Source: Octopus sinensis (taxonomy: Eukaryota). From it: 19,599 bases of DNA. The position numbers and the translations under genes were made by a program. Below the pieces are notes generated by a model, which was given only the letters and a program-made list of their open reading frames with translations, was not told the DNA's origin and made no database searches. The stretch is taken from positions 1 through 19,599 of the forward strand of contig NW_021824430.1 of the NCBI RefSeq assembly GCF_006345805.1, read 5' to 3'. Numbering within the stretch: the stretch's first letter is position 1; each line of letters opens with the position of its first letter. This document shows positions 11,392-19,599 of this stretch, piece by piece.

Positions 11392-11638
11392 AGGACAGTA
11401 GCCTGGCAGAATCGTTACCACACTGGGCAAAATGCTTAGCAGTATTTTGTCTGTTTGCACATTCTGAGTTCGAATTCCACTGAGATCAACTTTGCCTTTT
11501 ATCTTTTTTTTTTTGGTGAGGTTGTAAAACATGTATCAGTGGAGCAAATAGAGTTTATGTAAGTGACTAATCCCTCCCCCGAAATTTCAAGCCTTGTGCC
11601 TATAGTAGAAAGGATTATTATTATTATTATTATTATTA
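11392..11638 (+). mobile_element. SINE family B copy a, with (ATT)n tail
   Basis: CTGGCAGAATCGTT...GTTCGAATTCC (B-box-like)...GCCTTGTGCCTATAGTAGAAAGG then (ATT)n. Confidence 0.85.
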
Positions 11639-11700
11639 CTTTTTTTCTTCTTTCAAATTTGTTTCCGTTTCTTGCCGAGTGTCATCCCGACTCCTAGGGC
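11639..11700 (-). mobile_element. 62-bp 3'-terminal tip of Dong-1
   Basis: Matches 10811-10874 with three substitutions and a shorter T-run; plus-strand (TTA)n on both sides. Confidence 0.85.
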
Positions 11701-11701
11701 A

Positions 11702-11799
<98 letters not shown>

Positions 11800-11815
11800 C
11801 ATTATTATTATTATT

Positions 11816-12323
11816 GCCTTTGCACAGCTTTAAACACTGGAGATGTACTACGGTGCCAGCTGTTCACCACCAGTGAACTAAGGTGACACCCCTATCTTTC
11901 GAGCACCATCCGGAGTATTCGAGCAGTTCCAAGCAGTGCTGTTTTCTGCAAGTGCTCCACCCTTATTGCAGCCCCTATTTGTTCCATGTACTTCTCAAAA
12001 TTTTTACTCACTGTTCCCAGGGCTCCGACAATTATTGGTACTACTACCACCTTTTTCATCGGCCACAACTGCTTAACCTCCCAAGCTAACCTGTCATATC
12101 CCTCAACTTTTCTTTCTTCCTCATCGCATACCTTGTTGTCAGCTGGGAATGCTATATCTATGATCCAGTATAGTTTGTTTCCTTTCTCAATTAACACTAT
12201 GTCTGGCTTCCTATTCTCTATCTCCTGGTTGCACTGAATCATAAAATCCCATAGGATCTTTGCACTATCATTTTCAATGATGCCTTCAAGTTTAAGTTTG
12301 TATCACATTTTTGCTCTGTCAAG
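11816..12323 (-). mobile_element. 5'-truncated R4/Dong-type non-LTR retrotransposon (family Dong-2), copy 1, in (TAA)n
   Basis: RLE-domain coding region plus 76-nt 3' UTR running directly into (AAT)n on its sense strand; the 5' end also abuts the repeat. Confidence 0.9.
11892..12323 (-). pseudogene. RLE (PD-(D/E)xK-type) endonuclease domain fragment of Dong-2
   Basis: LDRAKM*YKLKLEGIIENDSAKILWDFMIQCNQEIENRKPDIVLIEK...IIDIAFP...PIIVGALG...LQKTALLGTARILRMVLER*. In-frame TGA at 12303-12305, probably from Trp; KVEGY at the KxxKY position. Confidence 0.9.
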
Positions 12324-12379
12324 ATTATTATTATTATTGTTATTGTTATTGTTTTTTGCTATTGTTTGTTTGTTGTTAT

Positions 12380-12448
<69 letters not shown>

Positions 12449-12449
12449 C

Positions 12450-12699
12450 AAGGCGGTGAGCTAGTAGAAATCTTTAGAATGCTGGACGAAATGCTTAGCA
12501 GTATTTTGTCTGTTTGCACATTCTGAGTTCGAATTCCACTGAGATCAACTTTGCCTTTTATCTTTTTTTTTTTTTGGTGAGGTTGTAAAACATGTATCAG
12601 TGGAGCAAATAGAGTTTATGTCAGTGACTAATCCCTCCCCCGAAATTTCAAGCCTTGTGCCTATAGTAGAAAGGATTATTATTATTATTATTATTATTA
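12450..12699 (+). mobile_element. SINE family B copy b (chimeric: head of copy c, body of copy a)
   Basis: 12450-12506 is identical to 13505/13506-13562. From 12489 onward it matches 11430 onward. Confidence 0.9.
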
Positions 12700-12761
12700 C
12701 TTTTTTTCTTCTTTCAAATTTGTTTCCGTTTCTTGCCGAGTGTCATCCCGACTCCTAGGGC
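12700..12761 (-). mobile_element. 62-bp Dong-1 tip, duplicated copy
   Basis: Same as 11639-11700; part of the tandem duplication. Confidence 0.85.
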
Positions 12762-12762
12762 A

Positions 12763-12864
<102 letters not shown>

Positions 12865-12880
12865 CATTATTATTATTATT

Positions 12881-13384
12881 GCCTTTGCACAGCTTCTAAC
12901 ACTGGAGATGTACTACGGTGCCAGCTGTTCACTACCAGTGAACTAAGGTGACACCCCTATCTTTCGAGCACCATCCGGAGTATTCGAGCAGTTCCAAGCA
13001 GTGCTGTTTTCTGCAAGTGCTCCACCCTTATTGCAGCCCCTATTTGTTCCATGTACTTCTCAAAATTTTTACTCACTGTTCCCAGGGCTCCGACAATTAT
13101 TGGTACTACTACCACCTTTTTCATCGGCCACAACTGCTTAACCTCCCAAGCTAACCTGTCATATCCCTCAACTTTTCTTTCTCCTCATCGATACCTTGTG
13201 TCAGCTGGAATGCTATATCTATGATCCAGTATAGTTTGTTTCCTTTCTCAATTAACACTATGTCTGGCTTCCTATTCTCTATCTCCTGGTTGCACTGAAT
13301 CATAAAATCCCATAGGATCTTTGCACTATCATTTTCAATGATGCCTTCAGGTTTAAGTTTGTATCACATTTTTGCTCTGTCAAG
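12881..13384 (-). mobile_element. Dong-2 copy 2 (duplicated, frameshifted)
   Basis: 504 bp versus 508 bp for copy 1; four clustered 1-nt deletions near 13178-13210; stop codon at 12957-12959. Confidence 0.9.
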
Positions 13385-13431
13385 TATTATTATTATTATT
13401 GTTATTGTTATTGTTGTTGCTATTGTTGTTG

Positions 13432-13504
<73 letters not shown>

Positions 13505-13723
13505 CAAGGCGGTGAGCTAGTAGAAATCTTTAGAATGCTGGACGAAATGCTTAGCAGTATTTCACCTCTCGCTACATTGTGAGTTCAAATTCCACCAAGG
13601 TCAACTTTGCCTTTTATCCTTTCGGGTGGGGGTGTCAATGAAATAAGTAGCAGTTGAACACTGGGGTCGATGTAATTGACTCATCCCCACTTCGCCTAAG
13701 CTGTCCTTGTAGCAAAAATTTGA
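13505..13723 (+). mobile_element. SINE family B copy c
   Basis: AAGGCGGTGAGCTAG...GAGTTCAAATTCCACCAAGGTCAACTTTGCCTTTTATCCTTTCGGG...CTGGGGTCGATGTAATTGACT; preceded by (TTA)n. Confidence 0.85.
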
Positions 13724-13755
13724 AATAATAATAATAATAATAATAATATATAATA

Positions 13756-13797
<42 letters not shown>

Positions 13798-13971
13798 TAA
13801 TAATAATATTGTTATTATTATTATTATTATTATTTTAATTTTTATTATTATTATTATATTATTATTATTATTATTATCATTGCTATAATTATTATATTAT
13901 TTATTTTTATTATTTTATTATTATTATTATTATTATTATTATCATTGCTATAATTATTATTATTATTTTAA

Positions 13972-14002
<31 letters not shown>

Positions 14003-14012
14003 CATTGTTATA

Positions 14013-14063
<51 letters not shown>
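13724..14063. repeat. (AAT)n followed by (ATT)n microsatellite with internal higher-order units
   Basis: Orientation flips at 13807/13808. Confidence 0.95.
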
Positions 14064-14065
<2 letters not shown>

Positions 14066-14310
14066 GGTGGTGAGCTGGCAGAATCGTTGGCATGCCAGGC
14101 AAAGTACTTAGCTGCATTTCATCTATCCTTACATTCTGGGTTTCAATTCCACCAAGGTTGACTTTACCTTTCATGCATGCTTTCGAGATTGAGGAAATAA
14201 GTACCAATTTACGTATTGGGATTCAATATAATTGGCTTGCCCACTCCCTCACAATTTCAAGCTTTGTGTCTATAGGAGAAAAGATTATTATTATAATCAT
14301 TATTATTATT
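14064..14310 (+). mobile_element. SINE family B copy d, with (ATT)n tail
   Basis: AAGGTGGTGAGCTGGCAGAATCGTTGGC...AATTTCAAGCTTTGTGTCTATAGGAGAAAAG then (ATT)n; preceded by (TTA)n. Confidence 0.85.
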
Positions 14311-14330
14311 TTGCCTCCATATTTTGATAT

Positions 14331-14740
14331 TACTCTTTTACTCTTTTACTCTTTTACTTGTTTCAGTCATTTGACTGCGGCCATGCTGGAGCACCGCCTT
14401 TAGTCGAGCAAATCGACCCCGGGACTTATTCTTTGTAAGCCCAGTACTTATTCTATTGGTCTGTTTTGCCGAACCGCTAAGTAACGGGGACGTAAACACA
14501 CCAGCATCAGTTGTCAAGCAATGCTAGGGGGACAAACACAGACACACAAACATATACACACACACATATTATATACATATATAGGACAGGCTTCTTTCAG
14601 TCCGTCTACCAATCCACTCACAAGGCATTGGTCGGCCCGGGGCTATAGCAGAAGACACTTCCCAGATGCCACGCTGGGACTGAACCCGGAACCATGTGGT
14701 TGGTTAGCAAGCTACTTACCAAACAGCCACTCCTGCGCCT
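14331..14740 (-). mobile_element. SINE family C, full length, antisense
   Basis: Reverse complement of 17145-17530; tail is three units of an 8-nt repeat (TACTCTTT on the plus strand); internal CA/TA microsatellite. Confidence 0.9.
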
Positions 14741-15544
14741 TTATATATCATATAAAGAGACAAATATTCCAACAGCTCATCATACAAAACTTGATACCCA
14801 AGACTTTTAATTTCCTACCACTGTATCAAACATGAAATTTAATCAAATACTTCAGTAACATGTTTATTATACTCACTCTTTGCTATCTATACACATAAAT
14901 GATATTCAAATTTTTACTTAGGTATTTCTGTTTCACTAGAAATAACAAAAACCTTTGAAAACACATGTAAGATATTCATTTAGAATTCCACGATTCAATC
15001 TCTATATCACATGGGAGATTGAAGCATTAAGATATCATACTATAAAATAAATAGATAATTTTTTTTTTTTTTATGTATATTACACTGTGGCTCCAAAATT
15101 GAATGATTCCAAGATTCCAAGGTTCCAGGTTTCCAAGGTTAGCATTATGAATAACTTACAGAGCAGAGGATTGCATCAGAATCTTAGGTTTTATCCACAG
15201 CATTACATCTTCAGAAAAAGCAAGGGCAGCACTAGAGTGTTCAGTGCCGTAGGTTACACCTATAAAGTGTGCTCTCTTCTCCTGGTTAAGACTGTTTGGT
15301 GAAAGCAATCAGGCGTTTGATAATGGTTTATAATGTAGGATGCAATATTTCGGCTGGAGTTCCTAATCCTGCTAAAACATTGTTCAGACAACTGTTGCAA
15401 TTCCTCATTAACAGTTTGGCATTTGAACTAGACATATCCAACCTCTTGCACTTACCTTCAATGTCATTCTAAAAAATAAGCAATCAAATCATTGAAATCT
15501 CGTAGTTAGGAGATAGGCTATGATTAATTCAAAACAAAATAAAT

Positions 15545-15912
15545 AGGTGCAGGCATGGCTGTGTGGTAGGAAGCTTTCTATCAAGCCACATGGTTCTGAG
15601 TTCAGTCCCACTGCATGGTACCTTGGGCAAGTGTCTTCTACTGTAGTCTCGGGCCAACCAAAACCTTTTGAGTGGATTTAATTGATGGAAAGTCTGCATG
15701 TCTTTGAGTCCTTTTTTGTCTCCCACCATTGCTTGACAACCAGAGTTGGTGTGTTTATGTCCCTGTAACTTAGCAGTTTGGCAAAAAAAGACCGATAGAA
15801 TAAGTACCAGACCAAAAATAATATAAGTATTAAGGGTTGATTCATTCGACTAAAAATTCTTCAAGGAGGTCCCTCAGCATGGCCATGGTCTAACGACTGA
15901 CACAGGTAAAGG
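15545..15912 (+). mobile_element. SINE family C, diverged copy
   Basis: AGGTGCAGGCATGGCTGTGTGGTAG...GTTCAGTCCC...CCTTGGGCAAGTGTCTTC...GACCGATAGAATAAGTAC. Confidence 0.85.
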
Positions 15913-15935
15913 ACAAATGACAAAGAAGTATTACA

Positions 15936-16158
15936 TCTGACAAGTGTTGCCCTTCCCAATGCCAACCACTCTGAGAGTGAAGTGAGTGTTTTCTCATGTG
16001 CCAATGACCTGACACTAACATCAGCCTATGGTCTACGGTCTCAATTGGCTTGATGAGTCTACACAAGCACCGTATTTCACCAAGGGTCTTGGTCACCCGT
16101 CACTGCCTCCATGAGGTCCAATGCTCAAATGGTGCTTTTTACGTGCCAGCAGCATGGC
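15936..16158 (-). mobile_element. Family D repeat, body fragment
   Basis: CCCTTCCCAATGCCAACCACTCT and GGTGCTTTTTACGTGCCA are the reverse complements of motifs at 18045-18106. Confidence 0.65.
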
Positions 16159-16209
16159 ATATACATATATACACACATACATAATCCATATAGATATATA
16201 TGTGTGTGC

Positions 16210-16395
16210 CATCATCATCATCATCATATCATCATCAGCATCGTCATCATTTAACGTCTGCCTTCCATGCTGGCATGGGTTGAACAGTTTGACAAAAGCC
16301 AGCCATGCAGGAGCCTGCATCAGACTTCTGTGTCTGTTTTAGCAGGGTTTTTAGGTTGGATGCTCTTCCTAACATCAACCACCCAGCAGAGTGGA
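16210..16395 (-). mobile_element. Family D repeat, 3' end with (GAT)n tail
   Basis: (CAT)n-TTAACGTCTGCCTTCCATGCTGGCATGGGTTG...GGATGCTCTTCCTAACATCAACCAC mirrors 18079-18226. Confidence 0.75.
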
Positions 16396-16478
16396 ATATA
16401 TATATATATATGTGTGTGTGTATGTGTGTGTATATATATCTATATATATATATATATATATATATACATAAATATATA

Positions 16479-16531
<53 letters not shown>

Positions 16532-16605
16532 GTATGATTATGTATGTATGTATGTATGTATATACACAAAGAGACAGACAGCCACACAGACAGACAGAGA
16601 AACAG
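16396..16605. repeat. (TA)n/(TG)n/(TATG)n/(GACA)n block
   Basis: Directly visible. Confidence 0.9.
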
Positions 16606-17144
16606 AGATGGAGAGATGAAGAGGGAAGGAGGAAATGAGAGCCATAACCATTTTTCTATATTAGTAAACATGCTGAAAATATAACCATAATTCCTAGCTA
16701 AGTATTTAAGAGATCCTTATTGATGTGAATGTTTAGCTTAAAATTATATCATTAATGAGTAGAACAGAGATGTTTTATACATCAATAAATAATTGCAAAT
16801 TACTGAAATAAATTGCACTTTTCTTACAGACTAATATTCGGTTTTTTGGGGATGTGATTATGTATGGTCGTTAGTGTGTATGTGTCTAGGTATGTGCCCA
16901 TGTGAGTGCTTTATATATATATGTTTCTATATATATATATGAATATACACAATGACACATCTGCACAGACACACACACACACACTATTACATACATATTT
17001 ATATAAACACATATATATATATGCATATTACAAATATATTAGACACAGTATATATATATATATATATATATTATAAATGCATCAATAAATATATAGATAT
17101 ACACATTAATACAAATATTTTATAAATATAAATATATGATATAT

Positions 17145-17530
17145 AGGTGCAGGAGTGGCTGTGTGGTAAGTAGCTTGCTAACCAACCACATGGTTCCAGG
17201 TTCAGTCCCACTGTGTGGCATCTTGGGCATGTGTCTTCTGCTATAGCCCCGGGCCGACCAATGCCTTGTGAGTGGATTTGGTAGACGGAAACTGAAAGAA
17301 GCCTGTCGTATATATGTGTATGTGTGTGTGTGCTTGTCCCCCTAGCATTGCTTGACAACCGATGCTGGTGTGTTATGTCCCCGTCACTTAGCAGTCGGCA
17401 AAAGAGACCGATAGATAGAATAAGTACTGGGCTACAAGGAATAAGTCCTGGGGTCGATTGCTTGACTAAAGGCGGTGCTCCAGCATGGCCACAGTCAAAT
17501 GACTGAAACAAGTAAAAGAGTAAAAGAGTA
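17145..17530 (+). mobile_element. SINE family C, full length, with long target-site duplication
   Basis: A-box-like GTGGCTGTGTGGT, B-box-like GGTTCAGTCCC, CORE-like CTTGGGCATGTGTCTT, internal TA/TG tract, tail (GTAAAAGA)n; flanked by a 40-bp direct repeat. Confidence 0.9.
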
Positions 17531-17742
17531 TACACATTAATACAAATATTTTATAAATATAAATATATATATATACTTATATATGTAATGAAAAAGAGAG
17601 AAACGTTTCTACGTACATATATTTTTCTGTATATATGTCTATATCTATATCTATCTTTCTACCTATTTATCTATCTGTCTATCTACATTTAGACATATAT
17701 ATATATATATATATATACACTCACATACACACACATATATAT

Positions 17743-17779
<37 letters not shown>

Positions 17780-17804
17780 ATATATATATGTATATGTATA
17801 CATT

Positions 17805-17967
17805 AGGTGTAGGCATGGCTGTGAGGTAAATAGCTTGCTTACGAACCACATGGTTCCTGGTTCAGTCCCACTGCGTGGCACCTTTGGCAAGAGTCTTCTA
17901 CTATAGCCTCAGGCTGACCAAAGCCTTGTGAGTGGATTTGGTAGACAGAAACTGAAAGAAGCCCATC
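17805..17967 (+). mobile_element. SINE family C, 5' half ending at the internal (TA)n
   Basis: Colinear with 17145-17308. Confidence 0.85.
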
Positions 17968-18044
17968 ATATATATATATATATATGTTCTCTACAGCAGA
18001 AGTGTTAAGACTGATAATTCTGGTGTTGTAAAACGCTTGTAGCA

Positions 18045-18226
18045 GTGCCACATAAAAGCACCTAGTACACTCTGTAAAGTGGTTGACATTGGGAAGAACA
18101 GCCAGCTGTAGAAACAATGCCAGATCAGGCAGTGAAAACTGGTGCAGCTCCCTAGTTTGTCAGCTCTGGTCAAATCGTCCAAGCCATGGCAACAGGGACA
18201 ATGGATGTTAAATGATGACGATGATG
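18045..18226 (+). mobile_element. Family D repeat, 3' end with (GAT)n-like tail
   Basis: GTGCCACATAAAAGCACC...GTGGTTGACATTGGGAAG...GGATGTTAAATGATGACGATGATG. Confidence 0.75.
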
Positions 18227-18389
18227 TACTAGGGTAATCCCAAAAGTAAGGTCTCCAAAGTGCTGGAGAGGCAGGGAAATGGTGCATGTAGAAGCAGGAG
18301 GAATATGGAAGGTGTAATTGAAAAGTGTACAAAGGTAAAGTTGTGAGACTCTATTACATTGAAAGAAGGTAAGCATATATATATGGCAC

Positions 18390-18774
18390 AGGCGCCAGAG
18401 TGGCTGTGTGGCAAGAAGCTTGCTTCTCGACCACATAGTTCCGGGTTCAGTCCTACTGCATGACACCTAGGGCAAATGTCTTCTACTATAGCCTTGGGCC
18501 AACCAAAGTCTTGTGAGTAGATTTGGTAGATGGAAACTGAAAGAAGCCTGTTGTATATATGTATATGTATGTATTTGTGTGCTTGCGCTTGTCCCTCCAC
18601 CCACCATTGCTTGACAACTGATGTTGGTGAGTTTACATCCCCGTAACATAGCGGTTTGGCAGAAGAGACTGATAGAATAAGTATTAGGCTTTCAAAGAAT
18701 AAGTTCTGGGGTCGATTTAACTAAAGGTGATGCACCAGCATGACCACAGTCAAATGACTCGAACAAGTAAAAGA
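18390..18774 (+). mobile_element. SINE family C, full length
   Basis: Colinear with 17145-17520. Confidence 0.9.
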
Positions 18775-18777
18775 AGT

Positions 18778-18812
<35 letters not shown>

Positions 18813-18834
18813 CCATCTGCTAAACTATTTTTCC

Positions 18835-19020
18835 ATCATGTTAAACTGTTAAACTTGTCACATTTTGTTCTCTTTCCATTTTTTATTCTTCTCACCCCTT
18901 TCTATCAAAGAGCATAAGCTTGAAATGTCAAACCTTTTTCCATTATTCTTGAGCATCAAACCAATAAACCTGCTTGTTCTTCCCTCACCTGTCTTTGTCT
19001 TATGCTTTTTGTACCTCTGA
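18835..19020 (+). mobile_element. Possible decayed Penelope-like-element terminal repeat fragment
   Basis: GAGCATAAGCTTGAAATGT...GAGCATCAAACCAATA...CACCTGTCTTTGTCTT resembles a recalled cephalopod repeat; hammerhead-like motif at 18902-18928. Single copy here; unverified. Confidence 0.4.
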
Positions 19021-19320
19021 ATAGTGTGTGTGTTTGTGTGTGTGTATGTGTGTGGTTGTGCTTATGTATGTTTGTATGTATATATTGCCACAAAATCAGA
19101 AGTTATAACAGGTGAATTCATGTTTATTTAATCATCTTACTTCCATAGGATTATAGCTGTTTCACAACCTCCTTCATGAATTACAAATTTCAGTATGCAA
19201 GAAATTATGAGTGCATGTTTGCATTAACATGTATATTCACAAATTATTGGAAATGAACAAAGCTAGCTAATCAGATCACCAGAATATCAGACAGACAGAA
19301 CAGATTTTATATAATAGATA

Positions 19321-19555
19321 TTTTATCTTTAATCCTTTACTTGTTTCAGTGAGACTGTGGTCATGCTGAGGTACTGCTTTGAAGAATTCTTAGTCAAAAG
19401 AATTGACTCCAGTACATTTTTTTTTAAACCTGATACTTATTCCATTGATCTACTTTGCTGAACTGTTAAGCTATGGGGACAAAACCTCACCAGCACCTGT
19501 TGTTAAGCAGTGGCATGGGACAAACACAGACACGAAGACAGACAGACACACAAAT
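19321..19555 (-). mobile_element. SINE family C, 3' half, diverged
   Basis: CTTTACTTGTTTCAGT...GTCATGCTGAGGTACTGCTTT...GATACTTATTCCATTGATC...GGACAAACACAGACAC is colinear with 14350-14560. Confidence 0.8.
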
Positions 19556-19599
19556 ATGTATACATATCTAAATATGCATATGTATATATATTTATCTAT

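Noticed and set aside
11892-12242. Functional stand-alone nuclease gene (116-aa ORF)
   Set aside because: The Met is internal to a 5'-truncated retrotransposon ORF, with an upstream in-frame stop and no RT domain.
15456-15517. Alternative 62-nt minus-strand coding exon using the AG at 15519-15518
   Set aside because: Stop codons in all three frames.
18229-18375. Plus-strand exon ending at AAG|GTAAGC (~18369)
   Set aside because: No polypyrimidine acceptor, an in-frame stop in the longest frame, and it is sandwiched between repeats.
14521-18649. ORFs at 14521, 15529, 17071, 17324, 17663, 17839, 18170, 18229, 18467
   Set aside because: They lie largely within SINE C/D copies; the recurring peptides (GLNPEPCG, GTEPGTMW) are SINE translations.
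18362-18790. TSD around the SINE C copy at 18390 (AAAGAAGGTAAGCATATAT vs AAAGAAGTTACATATAT)
   Set aside because: The match is imperfect, overlaps the SINE tail and (TA)n, and stops several bases short of the 5' end; too weak to call.

Overview
Eukaryotic, AT-rich, repeat-saturated DNA with no recognisable intact protein-coding gene. The SINE families and microsatellite density resemble octopus/coleoid cephalopod genomes, but this is recalled, not verified by search. Much of the window is di- and trinucleotide microsatellite: (TA/TG)n, (GAT/GGT)n, (AAT)n. Almost all listed ORFs are artefacts of these repeats. At least four interspersed SINE-like families (labelled A-D here) are present. The most informative region is 10.6-14.3 kb. 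There, several 5'-truncated fragments of restriction-like-endonuclease (RLE) non-LTR retrotransposons of the R4/Dong type, from two distinct families, lie on the minus strand. Most are embedded in (TAA)n tracts, interleaved with family-B SINEs whose (ATT)n tails supply that target. A ~1.06 kb tandem duplication in this region has a chimeric SINE at its junction, the signature of SINE-SINE unequal crossover or of a false assembly duplication. Other points: a 40-bp perfect target-site duplication around one SINE, higher-order repeats of compound microsatellites, a decayed Penelope-type hammerhead-like motif, and one high-complexity island (15.1-15.5 kb) with splice-like signals.
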